Below are positions 25,893-36,584 of a DNA stretch of 64,000 bases, piece by piece (position 1 is the stretch's first letter; the number at the start of each line of letters is the position of its first letter). The stretch is from assembly GCA_000182565.2 (NCBI GenBank), contig KQ257450.1; one strand, 5' to 3'. The notes under the pieces are model-generated. The model ran no database searches. It was not told the DNA's origin and worked only from the letters and a program-made list of their open reading frames with translations. The translations under genes were made by a program, and so were the position numbers. Origin of the DNA: Spizellomyces punctatus DAOM BR117 (taxonomy: Eukaryota).

Positions 25893-26732
25893 TCTTAAGG
25901 TGTTGGAACTCATGAGAAGGCACTCGCTCACTTGCAAATCCACAATAGCATTCGATCCGACTTGAATGCTCATATGGCTCCGAAATTGACCCGGTCAGAA
26001 TGACTCGTGTCGCATATATCTCAACCATCTTTGCGAGCAGAACGATAATGCATTGACTGGAAAATGAACTCTGTCATGAGAATAAGCATTGGTTAATCGA
26101 TTGATTAGTTGAGATGAGTTGCTACGACTCGTTTGACGTGCCAGATCACCAAGCTGTCATTGAAGAGATATATTCATCGCTCCAAAACTCGATGCAGATG
26201 ATGATCTTTTTCATTCTATATCTTTCCATCGTCAAGACAAATATCTTGCGCATGTGGATTACTCTTGCATGTGGTTTGCGCCCTCAAACTCACTCCCCAA
26301 AAACACTCGAGTGCACAGCCACGCACACTTTCAAGTTAACGCTTACGTCATGATCACATTCGTTTCGATCACACTTCCCTCCCGCGGTTTGTCATTCCAC
26401 CAGCTGGCTTTCTAACCCACAAAGCCCTTCTCCCCGCATCGGCCCCACAAAAGGCGAAACTAAAAAGAAGAAGACTTAACAGAGAAGCCAAAAGAAGGAG
26501 GCTTGAAAGTTTGGGAACAAAAAGAAAATGACGAAATGATTCAAACAAGTGTTGTCATCAGATGGTGATGAGTGCTGGTTACTCGCAGTGACATCACCCC
26601 TTTATGAATTTAAAGACTTGAATTTCACGGACGCTATAAAAACTCGAAACGTACTCGAGACTTTTCTTTTGTAAAACTCACATCCCATCTCACTACTATC
26701 CCATCAAAAAACTACCACATACCTACAAGAAA

Positions 26733-27807
26733 ATGCACACAAAAGCCCTTGTTTACACTTTGGCAGCGGCAGGATGCGTCCTCTCCTCGCTTCCTTCGTC
26801 GGATGCATTCTGGTTGATCCCTGGATCAAGCAGGAGGAGTGATGGCATCGTCGACACGGGAAGGTCAATCGTTGGAGACGCACGAGAAAAGGTCGGAAAC
26901 CTTGTACCTGGAGCTGAGGAATCGCCTTTGTAAGTAGCTTTGCCTGTGTGTGTGCTTATCATATAACGGTACACTGACAGGTGTGGAATACAGAGCCGAT
27001 CTCCTACGAGCCCTTGAAGAAGTTACAACAGATGTTGGAGCAACAGCCTCTCTTGCCAAGAGCGCTCTCCTTCGAGGAATGTACCTCCGCCAAAACGACA
27101 ATGAATACCTCCTTGCAATGGACGTTCCCGGTCTACACACAAACGAGCTCGTGGTGACGGCGGACCGGGGCACACTCAAGATCAAGGGCGAGCATAAATG
27201 CAAGAACATTGCAGGAACAGAGAAACCCGATCCCCTCTGCATTGAGCGCTACTACGACGCGGCCTTCACATTCCCAAGTGACGCGGATGAGGAACATGCT
27301 CAAGCGCATCTGGACGCCGGCGTCGCATATGTAAAGGTTCCCAAACTCAAGGGTGAGAAACGCGGGATTGGCCGAGTGCTAAAGTTGACGGAAGATGCCG
27401 CTGAATGGGTATATGAAGAATCTGGCGCCAAGAAGGTCATTGACAAAACCAAGGAGGCGTATGAAGCTGTCAAAGAAGGAGTTGTCAAGGGCTCCACACA
27501 AGCAACAGAAACAATCAAGAATGCCGCCGCAGGTGCAACAGACGTAGTGAAGAACGCTGCCAACAGTGCCAATCAAGCTGCGAACGAGGCCGCGAACCAA
27601 GCTGCTGAGGCTGCCAATGCCGCCAAGGAGACTGTCAAGAATACCGCTGCGCAAGCTACAGACCGTGTCAAGGGAGTAAAAGAAACACCTGTCGTTGAGG
27701 ACAACCGAGGTTTCGTCGAGCGTGTGAAGGAATCTATCAAGGAGCGGGTCGTGGGTAGAGGTAGTGCCGAAGGGCAGGTACCTGTTGAGCGCAAGGATGA
27801 ATTGTAA
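26733..27807 (+). CDS. Secretory-pathway small heat-shock protein (alpha-crystallin domain) with LEA-like repeats and C-terminal KDEL
   Basis: Signal-peptide-like MHTKALVYTLAAAGCVLSSLPSSDA; intron 26930-26993 joins in frame; ACD YLLAMDVPG..ELVV...TLKIKGE..FTFPSDADEE..AHLDAGVAYVKVPK; A/K/E/T/N-rich repeats; ends RKDEL*. Confidence 0.82.
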
Positions 27808-28049
27808 AGTCCCTTTATGATTGCTCGGTGATGCAGATGCATTTTATATAGTCTAGTTTGAAGCCGTTTACTCTTTTTTTGCTGTCACCTATATTGTACA
27901 TGCCCGCAAACTCTTTTGTTCCAACATTTAAATGTTTGCAAAGAAAAGAGCCCAGCTCTGTTTTCAACTTGATACAAATCTAATTACAATGCAAGCACAA
28001 ATATCCCGTCTCAGTGGCGAAACTTTCTGTTTTATTGCGAACTTTCTTA

Positions 28050-29335
28050 TCACTTCGAACCTCTGGATGAGGTTCTTGTGTAGGGCCCCTCCACAGCTCC
28101 GTCATCATATGCTGAATCTGCTCTTTTGTGCTTTACGTACGGTTCCCACTCGCCACTACCAGAACCGCCTTTCACTGTCACTAGCACATCTTTCAAACGA
28201 CCAGCTGACGTCGATGCTGCAGTTGGCAGGGAGGAGGGCGGCGTAAATGAAGCTAATTTGTACACCCGATAAGTCGTAGACTTTGACTTTTTCTCGCTAT
28301 GGTACGTGCTATCCACCCCGGTATTTTCTGCTGCTGAAGCCGCAGTTGGTAGGCTAGAGGCAGATACTTTGAACTCCCCATAAATTGTGCCGCCCCTCTT
28401 TTTCAAGGCCATCTCCCCCTGCTCCCTCATCTTCTGCCTCTCGCGCTCCATCTCTCGAGTTGCCTCCATTCTCCTTTGCGCACATCTCAGCTTTACAACA
28501 CTGGGAGGCCTCAGAGCTCCGGCGTCCCATTGTCTCTCCGATCGGCCTCGTTTCGGAAGAGGTGGCTTGAATAGTTTTGTATGAGAAGGCAGGAATGGTA
28601 GCGGCCGTGGAGATCTGATGAGATTCTTCATGTCGCATAGCCATGGCGGAAGACGAGGTCCTCGTGGACGCTTGGTAGGCGCTGGTACTAGGATAAAGTC
28701 GGGCAGAAAGCTCCTTGGAATGTGTTTGGACACGGAATTGTTTGGAATGGGATCAGATACGGCCAATAATACTGGCTGTAATTCGACAGGTTCAAGGGCG
28801 GTGTCCCTGTCCTCTTTCTCGGCCGGCGAGAGAGGAAAAAACACGGATCGTGATGCAAAGTCTGCTAATGATGGTGCAATAATGTGGTTTTTTGACATAA
28901 AGTCTATGGGGTCTTCAATAGATATCTGTAAACGAGAACGATGAAAAAAAAGGAATAAACGATGATATGAAGGGGGGGCCAAGTGAGGCGTCCGAACCTT
29001 TATAGGTTGCCGTTCAACATTTACGAAAACATTTTTCTTTTGACTAATTTCCCAATCAGCCTCCGCAATTTCATCGAGTGCTGCAGAGGAACACAAATAC
29101 ACACATTGCATACTTCTGGCAGCGACAAGAACGCCGTCGACCTTTCGCCTGTTCGGCTTCCGAACCTTTTCACTTTTTGGGCTTTTTGACTTCTACTTGT
29201 TTCTACATTTGCGTCTGTGTAGTCAAAAGCTTGATATCCACCATGGCTTGCATTGGGCCTACGGCGTAAGAAAACTGTGCCGTGTGGTAAAGTCACGGTG
29301 ACACCGCCAAAGATTTGGGGATGAAATGTCGCCAT
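28050..29335 (-). CDS. Hypothetical protein (multi-exon, basic/Pro-rich)
   Basis: ORF 29021-29335 with GTATGC donor at ~29113, followed by long ORF 28050-29111; divergent from LTP1; no family recognised. Confidence 0.55.
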
Positions 29336-29391
29336 TGCAGCGATATCTCACTTTTTGAAACTCGGCATCCCACAAACCGAGCTGCACGAAC

Positions 29392-30139
29392 ATGGCAAAG
29401 GGCGAGTCAACCCGCGAAAAGCCTTCTGTGCTGTTCGTCTGCCTAGGTAAGTCTGATACAAGTTGGAGGCGCTTGCCGTGGCAGAGTCTTTTAACGCCGC
29501 CAGTTAGGCAACATTTGCCGGAGTCCAATGGCGGAAGCCGTGTTCAAACATGTTGTAAAGGAAAAAGGTCTCGAAGAAAGGTTTGGTGCGATAAATAGTG
29601 CAGGCACAGCTGGATATCACGTACGCACAGTCTTGCGCTTTTCATGTCTGTTTATCTTTTCGTTCTCACTTTTGCTCTGTAGGTAGGGGAAAAGCCAGAC
29701 CCACGCTCGACTGCTACCTGCGTCAACCATGGTGTGCCAGTTCATCATTTTGCGCAGCAAGTGTCAAAGAACCATTTCAGAGACTTTGACTGGATCCTTT
29801 GCATGGATGAGGTGCGTGCGACGATTCGGCCGTTAAATCGTGGTCGTACCTAGACTCACAACTGGATCGTAGAGCAATCTGGCGGATTTGAAGAGGAAAC
29901 AACCTCCAGGGTCTACCTCGAAAGGTTCGTCTGTTTTCATATCCCCACATCTCTCCATTCCTACCGATCGACTAACGGATGACTCTCATTCTGCAGTCCA
30001 GTTGTTTGGCGATTTTGATCCTAAAGGCGACAAGATCATCAAAGACCCCTATTACGGTGGGATAGACGGCTTTGAATACAACTACAAGCAGGTCGTGAGA
30101 TGTTCCGAAGGATTTTTGAAGCATCTGGAAATGATCTAG
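29392..30139 (+). CDS. LTP1: Low-molecular-weight protein tyrosine phosphatase (multi-exon)
   Basis: SVLFVCLG/NICRSPMAEAVF (CLGNICRS P-loop split by an intron), FDWILCMDE, IIKDPYYGG. Confidence 0.93.
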
Positions 30140-30698
30140 AGGCCATGGCTATTATTTATTGCGGGTTGAAGAGCTGCTCGCTTGCCGTGGTGTAGAGAGG
30201 AGATGGAAGATTGTTGCGGACCTATTTGGAGTTTAGATGTGACATTCATTATTTATATGTCAAATATGGGGTTTGGTGAAGAAGAAAAAATGGAAATGTA
30301 TATAGAACTATTCCATCGTATCTAAAAATGACGAGCTTTAATGTCGCGATATGGCATGCTCATTGCTCCCAAGCGTCCTCTGGAAACAAACTCACCGGAC
30401 AAGCACCTCAACATCTCACGAACACTCTCCAATATTTGACTCCAATCGCCGATCCAAAATGCGGAAACCACATGTTCGTCATAAACAAGATTTACCAGGA
30501 TAGATCCCAACTCTGACCCCTCACATGCGTCACACCCTTAACTATCGAACAGTGGATGTCTAGACCCAAACAAAATAATGATATCAATTCCCCACATGAC
30601 GCAACATGCTTGTCGAAAGACATAAAAACAGGGCTTGTGCTCCACATCGACCAGCAGCCACAGCCAGATTCACATATCTTTTAATCTGTTAATTAACA

Positions 30699-32115
30699 AT
30701 GCCCATCTCAAGCCAAACTTCCCGCCCTGTCCCCTCCACAACGCTCTCCACAACGCCCCGGAGACGCTCGTTAACACCCTTCCCCGGCCTTCCACCTGTC
30801 AACGTCTTGGGGGCCGAAACGACGCGGAACGAGGTGGCACATCCAGACGTTGGGAATGTGACGGTGGTACTTGTCGGCAGTCGAGTTGGATCTTTGGTGA
30901 GTAATTACTTTCCTTGAATATTATTTATATTGGCGAACTGATATCGAAAATGCCGTTGTGGGTAGGAAAATATAACGTGGAAACCTCCAGGAGGTAAGAT
31001 ATCCAAATCAACCGAATTCCTGCATCTTTCCCGACCAAGATATTCAATGGGCAAACGGTAAAAATAACAGGAGACAAGAAAATCTTTCACCAACGACTGA
31101 ATTTCAAACAAAAGGCCAGCAGTCGGGTTGGGTCTTTGGAGGTGCGTACGAGTCTCCACAGTTTCAATACATCACTGGAGATCGGGCTGATGAAAGTTGG
31201 TGCTTGCTTTAGAATCTTTATTGGTCGGCACCAGGGTAAGGTTATGCATTGCGAATCCTTCTATCCCCAACTCAATGAATCCTCACCGTCCAAATCTTGC
31301 AAAGACATAAACAAAAAATCCCAACAAACGATCTAAGCTTCATCCAAAACGCTCGATCCAAAGTCGGCTCGCTGGATAATATTCATTATACCCCACGAGC
31401 CAGTCAAACTCTCAAGGGACGACAGAGATCTGCGAGTTTAGAATCAAAGAGTCGGGAAAAAGTTTTGTTTTATAGTCCATCTTTTGAGGTATCTCTACCA
31501 TGTTATCATGTTCGGGTAGATGAACATACTCATCATCCGCTTCCGCAACAGAGCCTTCCCCGCACACACACGCCGACTAAACCGATCAATAAAAACGTCC
31601 ACTCAAAGATTGGTAGCTTGGATAACATTCATCACAAGCCGGGCGGCGGGAAGGTCAAGATCATAAATGAAAAAATTCCGGTGGGAAAGTTCAAAAAGGT
31701 GGACTCCAGGGTTGGAAGTTTGGAGGTTAGGCCCCCTTTGACACCATTTTTTTTTACTTGCTTTATTGGCTTGAACGCTCACTGAGTCGTAGAATATTCG
31801 GCATGTGCCTGGTGGTGGAGATGTTCAGGTACGGCTGTGTTCCTGCTCTTCTGCATGCCACTCCTAACACTCTGTCCTGGGCACAAAACCTTTGAAATAT
31901 GACAGATCATCAACTTGCCTCTACATCTTCACCCTCAATCCAAAGTGGGGAGTCTCGATAACATCCACCACGAGCCTTTAGGTGGTCATGTAGTCATTGG
32001 TACGTGCAAAGCCAGCATATGAGTCGCGCAAAGCCGCAGTCTAATGCTGTCACCAGTGAACGAGCCCATCGTGTACAAGACAAAGGGGGAACTTGCTAGG
32101 GCTGCGCGCGGTTGA
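30699..32115 (+). CDS. Tau/MAP2/MAP4-like microtubule-binding repeat protein (8 exons, 6 repeats)
   Basis: Exons 30699-30896, 30966-30993, 31071-31141, 31213-31235, 31305-~31725 (probably containing one more in-frame intron ~31489-31551), 31793-31828, 31906-~31999 and 32057-32115 splice in frame through GT-AG introns. Repeats include [22 protein letters not shown] and [22 protein letters not shown]. Confidence 0.85.
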
Positions 32116-32234
32116 CGCTTGTGGCGAGCAAAGATATCGCTGTTTTCATGTCTGTCCATGCACGGCTACATTTCAAAACGTACTAAAGAACGAATCTGTT
32201 GTCTATGTGTAATTTACATAAATATGTGTAGAAA

Positions 32235-33302
32235 CTACAAATCTACACTCTCCCAAGATGCTCCGTCTTTCAATACATCCAATATGAGAACCTCGCTCTC
32301 AATAGGTTTCCCATCCGCACCCACGCTCGACGTCCATATTCCCTGCACCTTTGCTCCAATCTCTTCAAAGTTGCCTGTTGCTAGTGCCAATACTGTCGGT
32401 CCCGCACCAGATACACATATGCCCAACAATCCGGGTAGATCCTGAGGTGTCAATGCAAGGATTTGGGGGAGACCGGGAACGAGGTGCTGACGATAGTGTT
32501 GGTGGATCTTGTCTTGCATGGCGGTGTAGACAATGTCCGGGGAGGGTACTTCGGCACACAGAGCTGACGTCAAAACAGCGAGACGTTGCAGATTGAAGAC
32601 AACGTCTGCTCGGGGGTATACATCCGGTAAGACACTTCGCGCCAACTTTGTTGACAATTCAAACTTTGGAATGATCACAACAGCCCGAATGGCTTTCGAA
32701 AGCGGTAACCGGACGTATCGCCCAATGTTTTCAATCGGAGGTACGGGCAACCCAACACTCCCATTCGCCACGCCGTTCAATTTAGGAATCAACTTTCCGC
32801 TCTTCTCCAATTCATGTAACTCTCTATGCTCCTGCTCTACACTGGCTGCCAGATAGCTCGCACAAAAGCCCCCAATCAAACTCGCCGTAATGTTATCAGG
32901 GTGGCCCTCAATAACCAGACAAAAGTCCAGCATTCTGTCTTTACTCAAACCCAACTGACATGCTTGGTTGGCCAAGATCACGCCAGCAACCACAGCTGCG
33001 CCTGATGAACCTAAACCTCTGCCAAGTGGAATAGGGTTATCAATGTGAAGGTCCATAGGCGGAAGCGAGACATTGTGCACAGCAGCAATGTACGAGGCTG
33101 TTCGTGTGATGAGATTGTCAAGGACTGTCAATGGCACCGTGTGAGGGTTGTTCCCAGTGTATGTGATGCTGACGGACTGTAAGGTGGGCGACAAGGTGGC
33201 TGTCAGCGTGAGATGGAGGGAGAGTGTTGCTCCCAACACATCGAATCCCGGCCCAATGTTTGAAGTCGATGCGGGAACGCGGATAGTGATTTTTCGTGAC
33301 AT
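32235..33302 (-). CDS. THR1: Homoserine kinase (GHMP family)
   Basis: IRVPASTSNIGPGFDVLG, IPLGRGLGSSGAA, IEGHPDN, MQDKIHQHYR, SGAGPT. Confidence 0.95.
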   Translation of the reverse strand: MSRKITIRVPASTSNIGPGFDVLGATLSLHLTLTATLSPTLQSVSITYTGNNPHTVPLTVLDNLITRTASYIAAVHNVSLPPMDLHIDNPIPLGRGLGSSGAAVVAGVILANQACQLGLSKDRMLDFCLVIEGHPDNITASLIGGFCASYLAASVEQEHRELHELEKSGKLIPKLNGVANGSVGLPVPPIENIGRYVRLPLSKAIRAVVIIPKFELSTKLARSVLPDVYPRADVVFNLQRLAVLTSALCAEVPSPDIVYTAMQDKIHQHYRQHLVPGLPQILALTPQDLPGLLGICVSGAGPTVLALATGNFEEIGAKVQGIWTSSVGADGKPIESEVLILDVLKDGASWESVDL

Positions 33303-33379
33303 GATGTCTGTGGTGAACAAACAAACCAGGAAGGGCAAGATCCAAGTCGGGGCGGTACTTCATCGCCTAACCATCAGAT

Positions 33380-33393
33380 GTTGCCATGACAAT
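33380..33393. promoter_or_regulatory. X-box-like GTTGCCATGACAAT upstream of THR1
   Basis: Near-consensus motif in an intergenic region. Confidence 0.4.
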
Positions 33394-33760
33394 AAGATAA
33401 GATCAACATCATGATTTAATGCATTCCATTTCAAATAACCAGGTTGGAAGTTTTTAGCACACAGAACAGGCTTCTGCTCCAAGTTTGCAGTGTGTGCTTG
33501 CCTGCTTGCCTTCCTAGCAAGTATTTTGCAAATCCGTTATCGCTTGCGGGCGTACGGCCATTGCTCGACTTTCATCTCTTTTTCGATGGCCCGCTCCAAC
33601 CAATTTCCGTTGGTCAGAGATGTCACAACAGGCCACTCCTTGGCGGATCTCATCTTTTTTGATATCTTGCTTTGATTGGACCCCGTCTGCTTTGTTTACG
33701 CTGAAGGACTGGGGACAAAGCGTCCAAGAATTGCAGTCACAATGAGCAATCTCTTTACCT

Positions 33761-33790
33761 ATCACCATGGCAACAATCAGATCACATGAC
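33761..33790. promoter_or_regulatory. X-box-like ATCACCATGGCAAC plus E-box ATCACATGAC upstream of GGC1
   Basis: Both motifs read directly ~100-130 bp before the ATG. Confidence 0.4.
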
Positions 33791-33890
33791 TTGTATCTCT
33801 CTATTCAGCATCCCATCGGTGTTTTTGGTCTGCCTTTTCTTTCCCCGGTCCAACCCTTTCTAGCGCATTGTTGAATCTCCGTCCAGCAAC

Positions 33891-35136
33891 ATGGTCCCAC
33901 CCCCATCCTCAGGCAACAGAAAGGAGTCGGGCACCGCCCGCTTCTTTGGATCAGCGTCTGCTGGTGTATTGGAGCTGTTGGGCTTCCACCCGGTGGACAC
34001 GGTGGCCAAGCGGTTGATGAATAACCAGCAGCAGGTAGGCGCGAGCAAGTTGCGAGCAATACACCATGAGCGGGCATTGATGGGCTTGCACAAATTTAGG
34101 TGTTTGGCTCGGGGAAAGCCTTTTCGGAGAGCATGGGTGTGATGAACAAGATCATTTTCAAGGTGCGACCTTTCTTTAAGCAATGTTTATGATCCATGAG
34201 GCAGGTCGCTCAACTTGTATATATTTCTTCAGGATGCTGCTACAAAGGGAACCCTTTCCAAATACTTCTCTCTCTTCCCCGGTCTTGGTTTCGCAGCGGG
34301 TTATAAAGTCATGCAGCGAGTCTACAAATTCGGCGGCCAGCCTTACGTGAATGACTACCTAAACAAACACTACAAGGAGACCTTCCAGAACGTCTTTGGT
34401 GACCGCCATGCAAAGACAATCATGCATGCAACAGCCGGGTCGTTGGTCGGAATTGGAGAGATTGTTTTGTTGCCTTTGGATGCATTGAAAATCAAGATGC
34501 AAACCAACGCCCAGTCATACGCTGGTCAGAACGTGTTCCAGATTGTACGATCAGAGGGATGGGGATTATACCGGGGAGCATCTTGGACCGCTGCTCGTAA
34601 CGCACCGGGATCATTTGCATTGTTTGGTGGCGCCGCAATTACAAAGGAGCACTTGTTCAAGCTGGATGATTATGGAAAGGCGACATTCTTCCAAAACTTT
34701 GTCGCTTCCATTGCGGGTGCTATTGCCAGTATCACGATTTCTGCACCGGTATGATATCATGTTTCTTAAATGGGCAATACCTGCCATAGTCATTCTTACG
34801 GTGGCGTTTGTTTAGTTGGATGTGATCAAGACCCGTATCCAAGCACGCTCAAGTGAGCAAGCTCAGGGAGGATGGACCATCGTCAAGAACATGGTAGCAA
34901 AGGAAGGTTTCCATGCCTTCTTCAAGGTACGCTTCACCAAAATTACTAATTCCGGTTGCTCAGATAACTCATGTACTTGATGTTTGCAGGGATTGACGCC
35001 AAAGATCCTGGTCGTTGGGCCCAAGTTGATTTTCAGCTTCACAGTTGCACAGCAGCTCATTCCATTCTTTGGCCGGCTTTTGGATGGAGAGGCACAAGCT
35101 GCCGCCGCCGCCAAAGCTGCAGTGACCAAGGCCTAA
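33891..35136 (+). CDS. GGC1: Mitochondrial GTP/GDP carrier (multi-exon)
   Basis: KESGTARFFGSASAGVLELLGFHPVDTVAKRLM, SLFPGLGFAAGYKVMQRVYKFGGQP, GLYRGASWTAARNAPGSFALFGG, GPKLIFSFTVAQ. Confidence 0.93.
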
Positions 35137-35436
35137 TTGCCCGAAATTGGTTTTTTTTTCTGTATCTAGAGATTAGGTTATAGTTTTTGTGGACGTTCAG
35201 GTTAGATTGTTAGGTATATTTTCTGTTTATCTTGTTGTTTATCACAATTGCACATTGTTTTCTTCATCATAATACTTGAGTGCATTTGGTTCGCCTCGAT
35301 GGCACAATCACTGTGGGAGTTGTGTTGTGGCACAGTAAACACGTGTAGGTTGAGAGTCTATCCTCCTTGCATTTTTCCCAGCGAGTGTCCCCTCGCCGTC
35401 TGCGCATCATCTCGTGTGTTCTTCCAACGCCGTAAC

Positions 35437-36530
35437 ATGACACTCGAATCTCTCTGGCAAACCCACCGCCGCACCCGTGGGGCTCCTCCCAAAGCAGTTC
35501 CGTCGCGTTTTCACTCCGACTGCGTGATTAGTTACGTTCCGACGGGAGCCACATATCGCGGTCATAGGGAAATTGAGGTGCTCCTGGAACAAATACGAGC
35601 GACGTACTTTTACATTGAGGACACCAAGATTCTATCTACTATCTATGGGCAGAATGATGTGGTATGCAAGTAGATTGTGATGGAAAACGCGGTAATATGA
35701 TGGGCATCTCACCGTTAAGATAGGTCGAAGAATCACTCCTGACCGTCCGCCACGAACGACCGATGGAGTATCTGCTCCCTGGAGTCAAAGATACGGGTCG
35801 CACACTCACGGTAGCGCAGATTACCGTCTCAACGTTCCGTGGTGACAAGCTAGCTTCTCAGAGGGTATACTGGGACCATGCGAGTGTGCTAAGGCAGGCA
35901 GGTCTTTTGCCGCAGAGTGTTAGAGGGCGAGCAGGTGGAGAGATTCCTGTCAAAGTAGCAGGCAATGATGTGGAAAATGTTGTTAAGGCGGCATTTGAGA
36001 CTGAGACCCTCAAAGGGGACGCACAGTTACCTGTGCAATCAAGCGTAGAGACGTTGGACGTGCAAGAGGTGCCTGTTGCACCCCCACAAGATACTTATGT
36101 AAAGCACCATGAGAACGAATGGGTAGGTTCTGGTCAGTCTGAGGATGTGAAGCCGACCAACAATGGAGATCCCGTTTATCAAACATCGAACGTCGCAAAC
36201 ATATCCAACCCGGTCACCGGCAAACGACAATCCGTAAGGCTTCACGCCCCACCTGGCGGGGTCTCACAAATTAGCTTGGCGACTGGCAACGACCTGCACC
36301 CCGTCAGCCGCCGTAGCGACACAACGCCTAGGGACTCGGACATGATGGCCACCAGGAACTCTTACGCGGCCCGGGACAGAGGCTCCCTTGGTTTTGCAAC
36401 ATCTGCGGAGAGACCTCCGGCTGCTGCTCCTCTGCCAGCTAAAGGCCAAGCACCCCCCGTTACAGGACAGAGAGTTAGTGTTAAGCTGCATGCACCCCCG
36501 GGGGGAACATCGCAGATCTTTTTTGGCTAG
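35437..36530 (+). CDS. SnoaL/NTF2-like domain protein with two C-terminal SPIRAL1/Jupiter-like 'SV(R/K)LHAPPGGxSQI' motifs
   Basis: YVPTGA.YRG..EI, VEESLLTVRHERPMEYLLPGVKDTGR..V.ITVSTFRGDKLASQRVYWDHASVLRQAGLLP; one intron at ~35662-35723; motif present twice, the last ending QIFFG*. Confidence 0.75.
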
Positions 36531-36584
36531 ACCAATGACATAGACTAGTATAGAAGGACACTATCCTCTTTTATGTATCGTATG

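Noticed and set aside
30699-32115. Tau-like repeats as animal contamination
   Set aside because: Contiguous with fungal LTP1 and THR1, with the same short intron style and an upstream CACATGAC motif like neighbouring promoters.
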